64,000 nucleotides of DNA from Lytechinus pictus (Eukaryota): the NCBI RefSeq assembly GCF_037042905.1, contig NC_087247.1, positions 77,810,001 to 77,874,000 on the forward strand, written 5' to 3'. Below are positions 21,035-35,540 of this stretch, piece by piece (position 1 is the first letter of the stretch; each line of letters opens with the position of its first letter). A program made the translations under genes and the position numbers. The notes beneath the pieces were generated by a model, which made no database searches, was not told the origin of the DNA, and was given only the letters and a program-made list of their open reading frames with translations.

Positions 21035-23223
21035 CACTTATGGAACAAACACAGTGTTGCCACAGTGTATTCACATAATTGACTATGTGTAAATTCTGTG
21101 TAAACCATGTGGTCACAGTGTTGTCACAGTGTGGAACTTCAGATCACATAGTTTACCTCATAACTACCCACATAGTTGGAATTCCAACCACAGAGTGGCA
21201 CACATATACCACAGTGTGGTATGTATTGAACTATGTGTAAAACATGTGTTCATAGTGTTGCCACAGTGTGTTCACATAGTTAACCGTTGTAATTGTGTGT
21301 AAACCATGTGGTCACAGTGTTGTCACAGAGTGGGACTTCAAATCACATAGTTAACCACATAATTATTTATATAATTATTTATATATATATATATATAATC
21401 TAAATCTTACCATTTGTGTATCTATGCCTTTGTATTGTCTTCTAATTGTTTTTTTTTTTTTTTTTTTACTTTTGATATTGTCAATAATTATTATTCTTTT
21501 TAAAGTAAGTTGGGTCGGCCTTTTTATAAGGATATTCTTTTCCTTTTTGGCTGCTTCCCTCTCAATGCTTTTTTATGTCTTTGATGTTATGTAAACTTTG
21601 TTCCTATGTATTTTACCACACTTGTGTTCATTTTTATGCAGAGAGCAAAATAAACTTGAATTGAATTGAATTGAATATATAGTTGGCATTCCAAACACAG
21701 AGTAGCACATATATACCACAGTACCGTGTGCATAAAGCAATGTGTAAATCCTATGTTCATAGTGTTGTCACAGTCTGAAAATTCATTTTATGTCGTTTTC
21801 AACATAATTTCCACTTAGTTAGTATACTGAACACAGTATGGTATATTTTTAACTATGTGTAAAGTCTCTTTGTTCATAGTATTGTCACACTATGAACACA
21901 GATGTTCAGATCATTCGTTTACCACATATCATATCCACAGACTTGGCATACTGACTACACAGTGATTCGTATGGCCACAGTGTAATGCTGGATTATGTAT
22001 AAACCTTGCATGTGTTCATAGTATTATCACACTGTGGGGGTTTCAGATCATTCATTACTTTACCACATCATTACGACATATTTACGACGTCATTTATTTA
22101 CGATGAGTAAATTTGCATTGACCTTAAGAAGTGATTATTTATTGATTAATCAACGACGAGTAGATGTTCAGTTCTATCGGAGTGACCAGATTATATAACA
22201 TTTATTTACTGAACAATCACATTCCAGAATGTTCCTCAAACGTTTTCTTTATGTATTTGTGCATGGCCCTGAGAAGCGGGGGTGCTTCCTTGGGGGATGC
22301 TGCATGTATCTTTCTCCATGGGCATCATTCCAAGGTATTCTGTAAGATGTGTAAACATGGAAAATGTAACAAAAATGACCTTTATTTTCTAGTGAAACTC
22401 TTTTTCCAATTATTTTTTGCTGTTCAAATTTACATCAGCACCCCCGGACAATAAATCGATCACAGGGCCCTGTAATTTTGGTGACTATTATTATTGTTGT
22501 TTTGGTTACATAATTATCATTATTATCATGATGTATTTTTCTAATTTGTATATGCACTATTATCAGGTCTACCATTTTTTTTTCAATTTATTTATTTGAA
22601 CAAAACTCCTTTATATCCGAGGCAATCACAAAACATGGTGCATTCATACTGATAAAAAGAAACAATACCAGAGATAAACACAGCGTTAAAAACATTAATC
22701 CCTTTACACCACAAATCTACTGTGTTTGCTAAACATGATAAATTAATACTCATTATCATCAACTTTAACATGTATTTGGCAAATCAACATCCAGGTGACT
22801 CCAAGGAGGAATCTGCAAATTCTTAGACTAGCTTGATATGCACAGAGCTAATGCGATATGCTGATGCGTGCATGCCACATAATATGTGCATTAAAACCAA
22901 AACGGTTGAGACTAAATTGGTTTAATTTCCGCAGACTCAGTACTCAATATGGTTTATTCAGTCAGACTACGAATCATGAAACACAATATAGCGCAATTTC
23001 CAATGCATCATATTATTAAAGCAATGCAATGTTGTGAGATTACTCTGTTCTGCTGACGGAGGTTCGAATCTCGCCTCAAACCACCTACTCAAGATTTTTA
23101 TTTAATTATAAATGTGTGTCACAGTGTGGTATATACACAGTGTTACCACACGTCCCAAAATCATATATTAACCACATGTGTTTGACACTGTGTTACTGTG
23201 TTGCACTGTTTTTTCCATAAGGG
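21035..23223. mobile_element. Non-autonomous DNA transposon (CMC/EnSpm-like) with CACAGTG-rich subterminal repeats
   Basis: Imperfect TIR CACTTATGGAACAAACACAGTG / CACTGTTTTTTCCATAAGGG; ~60/120-bp degenerate subrepeats at 21050-22070 and 23115-23200. Confidence 0.6.
21400..21676 (+). mobile_element. L2/CR1-type LINE 3' end
   Basis: T-rich 3' UTR, AATAAA and (TTGAA)n tail at 21650-21676, interrupting the subrepeats of the host element. Confidence 0.5.
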
Positions 23224-23350
23224 ATCTTTCAAACGTTATGTGTTGAGAATATAGACAAAATTGAATTTTAAATGGTAAGATCTGATTTTCTCCTCCAATT
23301 ATGAGAAATTTTCAATATAAACAGAATAATAAGTGAACTGGAATATTTGA

Positions 23351-25078
23351 TTTTATTAATCATCTCGATGGAATGATTTTTAACTCGATGGACATTAACG
23401 ATTAGTCATCTCTGAACCTATTTTCTGCTTGGTTTTTGTCTATAACCCGAGGGGTTTTTCGAAAGCAAACAAGTGGGTATTGTCATCTATAAAGGCTAAC
23501 AATTATCTTCCAGATGAAAACCCGACATTCTGACTCATGGTTACCTTGCGCTTAGAGGATCACAGATTGCATACAATCGAAACACTAAACAATGCTGTTT
23601 ACTTTTATCAGACGAACCTTTCACCGAAAAAATGTATCTGACACCTTACTCCGCTCTACCACTTTGTGGAAAAAATGAGGGTTGCCACTGCATTGCCTTC
23701 ATATTGCCTTATTCAACATAAATCTGCGATATGTCACTAGGGAGAATGGTCATGGCAGTTGCTTTTGAAGGGCATTTAAATTATCCATTTGAGCACTTTG
23801 GGTTTATATACTGATTGATTTTAGAGTCTTTTTACAACAGCTTGAAAACAACTATTTTGTATGGGCCGCGGAACCAGGGGGGGGGGGGACTACAGCCCTC
23901 CCCCTACTTTTTTCCAAAACCGTGTAAAAAAACGCAAAAATGACCATGCGATTGTGATTTTTTGCATGACCCCCCTCCCACTTTTGGCTCAGCCCTCCAC
24001 TTTGAAAACCAATCCGCGGCCCCTGCTATAGCAGTATCAGATGAATAATTATTCACAAAAAATACCATGATAGTAAAATACATGGCGTACTGTTCGTAAT
24101 ACTGACCTTGTGACACGTGTACAAGACTGGTGCAAGACAACCAGTGATACTATTGTCTTGGTTACTCTAATGTCCAGGTTTCATCAACTAGATCCATAAA
24201 CAGGGGCGTAGACATTTTATTAATCATCTCGATGGAATGATTTTTAACTCGATGGACATTAACGATTAGTCATCTCTGAACCTATTTTCTGCTTGGTTTT
24301 TGTCTATAACCCGAGGGGTTTTTCGAAAGCAAACAAGTGGGTATTGTCATCTATAAAGGCTAACAATTATCTTCCAGATGAAAACCCGACATTCTGACTC
24401 ATGGTTACCTTGCGCTTAGAGGATCACAGATTGCATACAATCGAAACACTAAACAATGCTGTTTACTTTTATCAGACGAACCTTTCACCGAAAAAATGTA
24501 TCTGACACCTTACTCCGCTCTACCACTTTGTGGAAAAAAATGAGGGTTGCCACTGCATTGCCTTCATATTGCCTTATTCAACATAAATCTGCGATATGTC
24601 ACTAGGGAGAATGGTCATGGCAGTTGCTTTTGAAGGGCATTTAAATTATCCATTTGAGCACTTTGGGTTTATATACTGATTGATTTTAGAGTCTTTTTAC
24701 AACAGCTTGAAAACAACTATTTTGTATGGGCCGCGGAACCAGGGGGGGGGGGACTACAGCCCTCCCCCTACTTTTTTCCAAAACCGTGTAAAAAAACGCA
24801 AAAATGACCATGCGATTGTGATTTTTTGCATGACCCCCCTCCCACTTTTGGCTCAGCCCTCCACTTTGAAAACCAATCCGCGGCCCCTGCTATAGCAGTA
24901 TCAGATGAATAATTATTCACAAAAAATACCATGATAGTAAAATACATGGCGTACTGTTCGTAATACTGACCTTGTGACACGTGTACAAGACTGGTGCAAG
25001 ACAACCAGTGATACTATTGTCTTGGTTACTCTAATGTCCAGGTTTCATCAACTAGATCCATAAACAGGGGCGTAGACA
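23351..25078. repeat. Recent 864-bp tandem duplication (23351-24214 / 24215-25078)
   Basis: Identical apart from homopolymer lengths; identical ORFs at 23904 and 24768 (offset 864). Confidence 0.95.
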
Positions 25079-26343
25079 ACGGGGGGGGGGGGGGATGAGG
25101 GGGATGCATCCCCCCCACCTCACAAGGTGGGGGGGATGGCATGTACAATCATCCCCCCCAGGTTTTGGGGAATGATATTTGGTTACTTAATAAGTCATAA
25201 TGATGATAATAATAGTAATAATAATAATGATAACAATTATAATATTAATAATAATAATAATTATGATAATGATAATAATAATCCTCATCATTATTGTAAT
25301 TGTGTTTATTGTTATTAGCCGCATTCACACGGTGAAAGCCAATTCAGACGGTAAAAAAAAAGAAAATCTTACAAGTATTTACTGGGCAGGAACGAAAAGA
25401 GGCGCAAGATATTTGGTTTCTAAGACACAAATTTGCAAGACTACAAAAGTAAAACTGACTAAGAGACCGATATGTTTGTTTGTTGAGCCATGAATGCTCC
25501 TTAAGTAAGTTTACCAACTTACCGCATGTCTCTATTATCTGATTAGCAACTGTTAATCAAGCTGTTTTTGGTATGGGAATGAAGCAACAACTTTTTTCTT
25601 TTCATCGAGACTACTTTTCAGGCACGAACCGAGTACGAGCAATACCTTCTCATATATGATATGTATTATATTTATTTATTAATTTATTAGTTTATATCAG
25701 ATTATATTACAGGTATATGATATTTATACATATATATATACATTATATGCATTTATTTATTTATTTATTTATATATTTATATACACGTTATTTTCTCAAG
25801 TCGGTTTTTATTGAAATACATGTGTGGTCTGGCCAACTCGTGTTATAGGCATTAAACATTGTGTGCAAAATGCATCAGCGCAATCTAAAACAGAATAGAA
25901 AATGAATGTGATACAACAGTATACATAATAATTCGTGACAGAGAGTACCATACTACTATCTTTATAACAAGTATTATTCAAACAAACATATATAATTATG
26001 TATAATCATGAATTGTTCAACTTCATGCTCCCACTATATGACTATTGTTACACTAATACTGATATCAGGACTGACTGGTATACATTAGTTTGTTGTTAAG
26101 CTTGCAGCAGCTACATCTTTTCTGTATTGTAAACTATTTATTTATTTTTGTTTTATTTAAGATGCACTTTGTTTTGTATTCATTTAAAGTATGTTGATTG
26201 ATACATGAAGACATAAGTTTGAAATGTTTAAAGAAGTTTGTTTCATGTAAAGCGCAGTGTGAATTTACCCTGTCTTGAAATGCGAGATAAAAGGAACCTA
26301 TTAGTATTAGCATTATTATTTGTATTAGTATTATTTTTTATTC

Positions 26344-26395
<52 letters not shown>

Positions 26396-27233
26396 CATTA
26401 TTACTATTATAAGACTGAGATCAAATAGAAGTAAATAATGCCCTAATTTGAAACGATGCAATGCCGTTATGGTTCCGATTTCTTCACAAACTTACAGAGC
26501 AGTATTGTTACTTCATGGATCATAGTGATACTGTTTATGTTTTTTGTATCTGTATGTTAATGAGCCGCCAGCCAATATCCATCTATGGATACTATGCCTG
26601 TTTCTTTGAGGTAAAAAAAAAAGCATAGTATGTACGTATTCATTATGCTTTATAATGAACAGACATATTGTTATTTGTTTGTTGTTTATGTGTTCTATTC
26701 ACAAATGGCCACAGAGGCTGTTTTCATTCATAACCACATACCCATATCAAGACAACAAAGACTATACCTGCGTGTACACAATTGACATTGGTTTTTTTTT
26801 TCTGAAGAGGTGTAACAGCAAAATTCACAGAGATAAATAAATAGGTAGTGTGGTTCAATATGCAATACTATGTGTCAGTCCATTCTGTATTCGTATGCCA
26901 CGGTGTGTAGATCTTGTCGATGTATGTCTGTCCATTCAAGGCGTAGTATGTGTGTGGTGCGAGCACCCGTGTGTGTGTGTGTGTGGGGGGTTGAGTATGT
27001 GTGTGTGTGCGTGCGCGCTTGTGTGTGTTATTTTACCTCATTAAGTATGCATCAGATTGTACGATTTCAAGTTCAAAATTGCAAAAGCTCCCTACCGTGG
27101 CAGGGGGGACACCCCCCTCCCACACCCTCCCCCCGCTCGGTCGCTTCGCTCCCTCACTCGGGCGCTTCGCGCCCTCACTAGCGTTGGCAGCCCAGTCATC
27201 CCCCCCAGGTGTACGAACCTGTCTACGCCACTG
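25065..27233. mobile_element. hAT-type non-autonomous element
   Basis: TIR CAGGGGCGTAGACA / TGTCTACGCCACTG; 8-bp TSD TCCATAAA at 25057-25064 and 27234-27241; interrupts a GACCTT-rich Tsp/HINE-like repeat. Confidence 0.8.
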
Positions 27234-27922
27234 TCCATAAACTTTCTACCCCGAAAATTATCAAAGTTCATTGACCCTTAATGACCTTTGACCTTAATGA
27301 TGTGATCTGAAACTCAGGCAAGATGTTAAGTGATACTTGGTTACTAAGTCCGCCGGGCGACTTCATAAACTGGATCCATAATTTATAATTTCAAAATCAT
27401 GACATTTCACAGATAAAGATTTCGATGTAGATTCCCCAAACATGGTCTAAGTTCATTGACCTTTAAAACTGTAAGGCCCGTATTCTAAAGTCGGGTTTAA
27501 CTTAAACTCAGGTTAAAAGTTGTGGTCTGAGTATGGATAGCCAATTGTTACATAAATTAATAACAGTAGAGATATCATATTTCGATCATTTGGCTCTCAA
27601 ATCATTCATAATTATCTAGGAAGTATAAATAGATGATCCTCTTTACCATCGATGAATCAAGAAAGAGCACAGTAAACATAAGAAACATACAACTTGATAA
27701 AAATTTTGACACTTTTGGCTTCCCATAATTTTAGCGCAGAGTTAGACCATGGTCTAAACCTGACGTCAGATTCGATCCTTTATACCTCTATGGTTGACCT
27801 TTTTTTTTTAAATGAGAACCATTTCCTCCGAACCCCTCTGAGGAAAAGCTCGTGCGGGATTTTATAATTATTATGATAGGTGAAGAAGTCAGTCAGATTT
27901 AATGAAATTGTTAAGTCTTAAC

Positions 27923-28083
27923 CTTTTGGGATTTATCTAGTGCTGCATCTCTTTCAAATTCCACCTGTCGAAGTGCTTCTTTGAGTTCTTCCATTTCAAT
28001 CTCTAGATTTACAATGTTAACACGGGTAACCGGTGAGTAGTCATCACAAGATTGAGGAAAACACCAATCGCCGGATGGTATAC
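27923..28083 (-). CDS. EFCC1: EFCC1-like exon 5
   Basis: tttcAG|GT ATA...AAG|GTTAAG; coiled coil VNLEIEMEELKEALRQVEFERDAALDK; phase 1 in, phase 0 out, consistent with neighbours. Confidence 0.75.
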
Positions 28084-29317
28084 CTGAAAATAATAATAAC
28101 AAAGGGCGGCAGATTGTTACAATTTTCTTGGAGAAAAAAATGCTTGTCCATATAATTGGGGAGGGAATGCCTTCAAAGCATCCAAAAGCTGCATTGGTGA
28201 AGTTGTCATAATTTGAAGCATGATAAATTGATCTGTCGAATTAATTTCCAATTAAAAACTGATTAGATACAAAATATAATGAAGCCGATTTCATGCATTT
28301 TTACCACATACCAGATGAGTATATCTTTTAGAAACGTTCCAGTTCGTATACATCGAAAATGAGTATCATTAAGCCAAATCCAAATATTTTTAGATGATTT
28401 GCAAAGAGATATGTTTTGGAATTATTAAATGTTTGAATAAACGTTAACCCACAGCTTTAGAGCATATATTTATGGTTTGTTTCTTCTTTTGATTTGCCTC
28501 TTATTTGGTTTCAACTGCTCTATCAGTTAAATGTGCTTTGAAAGAATTTTCGTAGATAAGGGTGAAAAGGTGCGCTAAATAAGCAGCAAACAAAACTTGG
28601 CCAAAAATAACTTATATAGCCTAGATTTCATCAATATAGGCAGGAAATACTCTAAATGGTGTTTTTGTGCTCATTGTTATCAAAATAACAATTTTGTCAG
28701 TTGGAAAACAATAAAATGATCAATCCTAAAAATACGTTCAATCGCTTGTCATCTCAACTCCGACCACATTGAATGACGACATACATGTATGGTGATAATT
28801 CAGAACGTTGAGAAGCACAATCGAAGCCCATTATCGCGAATCACGAATTTGAGTGTTTATAAAGCAAAATACGTAGCCGGTTAATAGTGAAGATACATGA
28901 AATTTGCATTGTTGCATTTTGATTCTTCACAGCTTTTCAATGACCAATGACCATACATTATCACCGTTTATTGGCAAGTTAAGCATGTTAAGTGCACTGT
29001 TCAGCAGTTATGTGCACCGGTTTTATGTCCGTCATACTAATCACTTTTAGGCATCTACTTTTATCCTGCAATCTGACACAATTCACACCCACCAATTAAA
29101 AACCACCAAACAATTTTTGACAGATTCTGACATGATGTTCTTAAAACAAATATAACTTTTCACCTTTTTCCCCCTTATATATTTTTTTTTCTTGGTCGTA
29201 AAACACTTCGGGAATAAAGCCCTAACCCCACCGTCATTATGTACGCCAGTGGCCTTTTTTTGGGGGTCTTTATTGGTTGTGGCAAGTAGAAAGTTTTATA
29301 TAATCTATTCATCTTAC

Positions 29318-29490
29318 TTGTTATAATGCTGTCATCATCTGATTCAGATAAAGATTCACTACTTAAGCTAGGTTGCCTTTCACTACAAGGAGTCATTCCA
29401 CCTTCATCATTCACGACTTCATTCATTCGTCCATCGTTCATGACGTCATTCAGAGAAGCATCCATATGAGGAGTGATAGTTGCATCAATC
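29318..29490 (-). CDS. EFCC1: EFCC1-like exon 4 (Ser/acidic linker)
   Basis: tttcAG|G ATT...ACA A|GTAAG; phase 2 in, phase 1 out, matching flanking exons. Confidence 0.75.
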
Positions 29491-29786
29491 CTGAAACAAT
29501 GATTCATACATATTGATCGGACCAAGTTATTTACAATTCGTGAAGTTTAAAACAATACATGGATTTGAGTAATTAGCCTATTGAAGATATAACAACCATT
29601 AAAATAAAGTTAAATCAATATATAAGAGGTGAAAAAAAGGAAATTTCTGATATTTTAAATATTCGCTTAATTTCACAACGTGGACAATAATGATGATGAT
29701 GATGATAATGATAATGATAATAATGGTGAATTCGTCCAGAGCGCATAAGTCCGTCTATGTACAATCATAGAAATTCATAAGGAGAC

Positions 29787-31015
29787 TTCTTCTATATCAT
29801 GTTCGGAGGTATCGGAAGAACCAGTCATTTCAATTTCAATTTATTTTTATTTTCATTTTCAACAGAAGAACAAAGTAATGTGGTCAAAATAGTTACAATG
29901 AACTTATACAGACAAAATAAATTCAGGCATGTACAGTATATGATATTTATCTATAAGTAGAAGTATAACAAAACAGAGTATGTTATATAAGCAAAATATC
30001 ATAACCATTATATAATAAAATTCTGAGAAAATGGAGGGATCCTCTAAAAAGCAGTGCTTGTATTGTGTGGACCCCTTTAACATGTCTAAATAATTATTTT
30101 AGAATTGCCTACGAAGACAGAAAAAACAGAGAACAGCAGAACAAACAAAACAAAGAACAAGAAAACATGGAAAGACACACAAGGGGGATGAAAACAAAAA
30201 GGGAAAAGAGATAAAGAAAGATAATTGAGCAGGACTTCAACGCGCGGATAATAAAAAAATAAAAAATAAGTTAAAGAGGCATGAAATGGTGAAATAGATG
30301 ATAAAGTTATTTAAAATTCAGTAAATGATGACCTGTATGATTTCAGGTCTAATCTATCCTTTTGGTCTAATTTTTTTCATTACCAATTTCCTTTAATTGG
30401 AACCATGTATTTTATTTTTAAGTTGCATTTAATTGTTGATAAAAGAATTAGACAATTTAGTTTTAAATTTTTGAACAAGATTTTACCATCAAGAGACAAT
30501 TTATTTGAGTGGCATGTAGTAGAAAACAACACATGTAATATTTGTGGAGAAGTTGATACCACTTTTCATTTTATATTGTATTGTAAATATGTTAGATTAT
30601 TTTGGAAAATTATAGAAAGGTTGGTAATTTATATTTTCAAGATTACTATTTCTACAGAAGAAAATACATTAATTATAGGTTATGATCTGCAAAATTCGAG
30701 CAATGTTATGTGTAATCTATCTTGTGTTATTTCTCAATTTGTTATTTATCGAAATTATATAAAAAGCATATTCAAAGGAAAACAAATATGATGCGAATTC
30801 TTTATGGATTGAATTCAAGCTTACTATGATTATTTATTTAGAAAGTTTATGTAAACAAAAAAGCAAGTTCGGAATTCTGAAAAAATGTGATATTCGAAAA
30901 ATTATTGCATTATTGAATTTAATTGATTTTTTTAAAAAATTGTTTGTATATATATATATATGTACATGTTATTGTGAATAAATACCTCGATTAAGAGGAT
31001 AAAAGAAAAAAAAAA
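29787..31015 (+). mobile_element. 5'-truncated L1/Tx1-type LINE (zf-RVT C-terminus) with poly-A and TSD
   Basis: RQFSFKFLNKIL...CNICGEVDTTFHFILYC..VRLFW (30405-30791); A-tail 31001-31015; TSD TCATAAGGAGAC at 29775-29786 and 31016-31027. Contains an opposite-strand L2/CR1-like 3' end (~29826-30260). Confidence 0.7.
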
Positions 31016-31397
31016 TCATAAGGAGACAAATACATAATGTGTTACATTTTTATATAAAGTAGTCTATAAAACTTAATGATACGAAGCAAAGAACAGTAAA
31101 ATAATTACAAAGTAAAAGAAAACATGTCTTAAAAACAGTTTGAATGAAGAGACAGACGAAGCTTGGCGGAATGGAAGGTGAAGACTTAAGCCAATGAGCA
31201 GAGGCGAAATGAGCCAAAAATTTGATAGTGTCAGATTATGGCGTATCGGGCAAAATTTATAAAAAGTTTCAAGCGAGCAAGCGACCGAGCAAAAATTTCA
31301 ACATCTTTAATACAAATATCCCATTTTGTGATTGATTTTGACATAGTATTCAGAAAAAAGTGTCATTATAATCCACCTCTCTCTTTCATTTTTTGTC

Positions 31398-32477
31398 TGT
31401 AACGGCCCTATATTGGGGTTAGGAAAGAAAAGAGAGAGGTAGACTTGTGAACGGATACTCAGTACAACAAACCCTGACACTTTGATTAAATTTTATAATA
31501 TCATTGAATTAATAAGTTCTTGTTCCAATATCAATTTACAACAGTGGAAAGGAGTTAATTTATTAATTACAAAAGCTTGGAAAACCTAATCGAACACTTG
31601 TGAGTTCAAAATACATTTGAGAGTTTGAATCATATATCAATTGAAGAGGAAATATATTCACGGACTAAATGAAACACCCACACCCAATCACACACACGCA
31701 TTCACACGAAACCTGATTATCAGTTCGCGGTAGGGTGGGGCCCCTTGGTTTTGAAACACGGTTCCAACTCTTGCCGGTGATGGCGCTGTCGATATTTCTG
31801 CGACAAATCGGTGAACGGTGTTGCGACGTCCCAAAACGACGACCTGGAGCTGTCCTTGATGATCAGTAATGGCTGCATAATCGTACCCGATAGGGTAGCC
31901 GACTCCAGTCCCGACGATGGAACTCACCGCAGTGAGTTTTTCAGTTACACCAAAAAGGACGACTTCTCTATACGTCTCATAAGTTAAATAATTACTGAAG
32001 ACTTCAAAAAATAAGATTCATTTGGTGCTGACTAAATAACTCGAAGATACAACTCAGGAAACATGAAAATGGCGACTGGCAGGAATTAAACTAAGACGAC
32101 TACATGTCTTCACTCAACGATAGCAAAAAACGTAGTGCCTGCTACTAGCTTGTACGCCAACCAATACACCTTACCCGACGTATCAACTTGGGCGTGGCAC
32201 ATACGTGTACGTATATACATTCGTACAGATTCAATTACGAGCCACGTACGCTCGGTGAACTAATTTGCATAATTACCATAGCGACGAGCGCTAAGAAAGA
32301 AAATCGGCGGCAATTCGCCACGAAGCAATTTTGCTATACATTTGAATTGGCCCGATCATTGACCAGTATTTTGTTTAAACGTAAATATTAAGAAATCTTT
32401 TCCTCGGTTAAATTTTGGGAGATAAAAGAAAAATATATTTAAAAAACGATGACAATTTAGGAACTTGACTAGTGACA
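31398..32477 (-). mobile_element. Solo LTR (~1080 bp, Gypsy-like)
   Basis: TGTAAC...GTGACA termini; 5-bp TSD TTGTC at 31393-31397 and 32478-32482; inserted in a MITE ending TGTACGCCACTG. Orientation inferred from AATAAA position. Confidence 0.75.
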
Positions 32478-32863
32478 TTGTCCTTTTCCATTTTTTTTTT
32501 TTTTTTTTTTTTTGGGGGGGGGGGTGGGAGCGCTCCCAAGCCCCTCAACCCATCTGTACGCCACTGTCAATGAGAGAGTTGATGATGTCCCGTAATCTTT
32601 TTTTTAATTTTAATTTGGAACTTTTCATTTTTTGCAAACTGCGATCTGGATTAAAATATGTAAGATAATTTTGATTTCCAGGAATGAAACCTCTTGTACA
32701 TCATAACAGGAAAATCAAATAGTTCATAATTCATATGATACAAGAGAATATTTTGTAAGTGTATAATTTTATCAGTTTCTTCAACTGTTTGCCTTTTAAT
32801 TCTGTGCATCATTAAGTTTGTGAAATTAATCAAAACTTCAACATGCAATAATTTTCTTATCTA

Positions 32864-33813
32864 TGTTACATATAAGAAGAATTGGAAGAGCAATTACATT
32901 CATTTATTTAGTTATTTCCTCTTTAAGGATATTTATAGTCTAGAACTATAAAGAACATTCGAGAATGTCTTTGTAAAAGCTTTTGTTATGCAGCCCTCGC
33001 CTATTTAAAGGCCAAGGAGTTTTATTTTTTGAATAGGGAAAAGCAGACAATAGATTCCTCAGGCAGTGGCACAGAACAATAGAATTAGCTAAGTTGTTTA
33101 TTTCACTGAGGTCATTCAAAAATGTTTTAGAAATGTAAAATGCTCCAGAAAGAAGGAGAATGTTCATTCTAAAGGCAATACTAGAAATGTCTAGAATAGT
33201 TGAAATGTGTCTATATAAAGGTGGCAGTTTCTTCAATCACATCATATTAGATCACTTGATCATATCAGATCACTTCATCAAATCAGATCAGAACTCAGAG
33301 TTTCACGCCAGACTTTATGTCAGAGCAGAGTTTATTTCCACCCGGAATATGTATCTTCTGTGGAATTATTTGCACGCCATCAATAAACTGTTTGCAGTTA
33401 TTTTGAGAGAGGAATTCTCAGTTCTCATCGAGATTATCAACATCATCAACCTGTTTAATGAACGCTTTTTTCAACCCATGGATTGCTGAATTTGACCGTT
33501 AATCATCATCAACATCGTCTTCACGGACATTTTAACTCGTTACAGTGACTCTCATAATTCATCGTGCTTCAACATCAGTTTCATCATCGCCATCATTGTG
33601 AACTTATCTTCGCCAACCAACTGGGAGTTTATTTGGATTTACTATTATAACCCTGGATTTTACATCGGACACTTCAAGAGATTGATGTAAGATATTTTGT
33701 TTTAATTTTGTTTAATAAGTACATGATTTATTTCCTGTAATAAAAAAAAAGGAAATCAAGTTTAAACTTTAAAATCTCAATTTCTGATTGTTATTTGTTG
33801 CAGTATCGTAACA
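32864..33813 (+). mobile_element. Solo LTR (~950 bp, Gypsy-like)
   Basis: TGTTAC...GTAACA termini; 4-bp TSD TCTA at 32860-32863 and 33814-33817; TATAAA at ~33214, AATAAA at ~33382 and ~33739. Confidence 0.75.
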
Positions 33814-34469
33814 TCTAACATCCGATTTGATGAACTTTTCATTGTTAATTCCAAAAGACACTTTTTGCAATAAATTTGTTACGTCAACATGTATACGGTT
33901 CGCATCTTGACGTTTTACGGCTATTCGGTTTTTACCTATTCATACTGTATCATTAGGCTTAACTTTTTATTCTTTTTTTTTAATTGATTTTTGGGGGACA
34001 TTTTTTAAAGGAATATCATGAATATGAGGGCGTCATCTGGATATCAAAACGTATTGCATCTCGCGGAGAAGGCGCTTGAGAAATCATTGAGAAAATGAAA
34101 TAAATTAGAAATATTGTATAACCTCATGATGATCCCTTAGCGAAGAATGTTGACTTAAGGATATTCATTTGAGGGCTTTGAAAACAAGGTGCCTTTCTAA
34201 AATCACTACCCTCTCTGAAGCAAATAATTTGATTATGGATTGAGGTTAGAGCACTGTGTATAATTTGAAACGCCAAATTCATAGACGGGTCCAGGGGGAG
34301 CCCGAGGGGCACGCCCCACCCCCCCCCCCCCCTATTGGCGGAGCAAAAAAAAGGGGGAGATAAAAAGAAAAAGAAGGCAAAAGACAGGAGAAAAAAAGAA
34401 GGGAAAACACAAAATGAGGAAAAAGAGTGAAGAAAATAAGATGAAGGGAAGGCTTGAAAAATAATGATA

Positions 34470-35540
34470 AAACACGTGAATCGCCTCTGGCAGTCTCACC
34501 TGCATCACGCGATTCAATATCGCAGCAGTGCTGACTTTGAAAACTGCTATAAAATAATTATTCACAAAAAACACCATTCAGATAATGATACCATACTATG
34601 TTCATTGACAATAAATGACATTTGACCTTGATCATGCGACCTAAGACTTGTCAGTGATACTTGATTACCCCTATATCCACATTTTATAAACTATATCTAT
34701 AAACTTGGAAAGTTATGACAGCAATTAATAATTATCTCCAACGTGGCAAAAATTTATTGACCTTAAATGACCTTTGACTTTGGTCATGTGACCTGAAACT
34801 GGCATGAGATGTTCAGTGATACTTGATTACTCTTTTGTCTAAGTTTCATGAACTAGACCAATGCACTTACGAAGGTATGGGTAATTCAACAAATACACCC
34901 AACATGGCCAAAATTCATTGACCTTAAAGACATTTGACCTTGATTATGTGACCTGGAACTCGCACAGAATGTCTTTCAAAGAGTTGCAATTGATCCGATT
35001 AATCGCAACTATGGACGGCCAGCAACATCAACATGTATTATGCATGTTTGTTAAAAATATTTTTTCACTATGACGTATACTCCTGCAGTCGTTGTTTTCT
35101 TGAAAATTCACTGTGCTTCTCTTTGTTTACAAAGGACATTGTGCCAATTTTCTATAGAAAAAATTATGACAGTGATGGATTTCCATAGAGTTACGATTGA
35201 TTTGATCAATCGTAACCCTTTGTAAGACGGGGTCCTGATTATTTTTATGTCCAAGTTTTATAAATCAGATCCATAAACTGTCAAAGTTATGATGGTAATT
35301 CAACAGACTTGGCCAAAGTTGATCGACCCTAAATGACTTTTGACCTTGGTCATGTGACCTAAAACTCAAGCAGGATGTTCAGTAATGTTTGATTACCCTT
35401 ATGTACAAGTTTCAAGAACGAGGTTCATATACTGTCATTTAAAAGAAACGTAACCTTCGGTTAAGATTTGGTGTTGACGCCGCCGCCGTCGGAAAAGCGG
35501 CGCCTGTAGTCTCACTCTGCTATGCAGGTGAGACAAAAAA
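34470..35540 (-). mobile_element. Tsp/HINE-like element with ~150-bp GACCTT tandem cores
   Basis: Ends CGCCTCTGGCAGTCTCACCTGCA ... GCAGGTGAGACAAAAA; homologous copy at 52480-54488; small MITE nested at ~34970-35237. Confidence 0.65.

Noticed and set aside
21035-23223. RAG/Transib recombination signal sequences (many CACAGTG heptamers)
   Set aside because: No ACAAAAACC-like nonamer at 12/23 spacing seen; the heptamers are part of transposon subrepeats.
31688-31927. GC-rich 79-aa ORF
   Set aside because: Lies within a solo LTR; no domain similarity.
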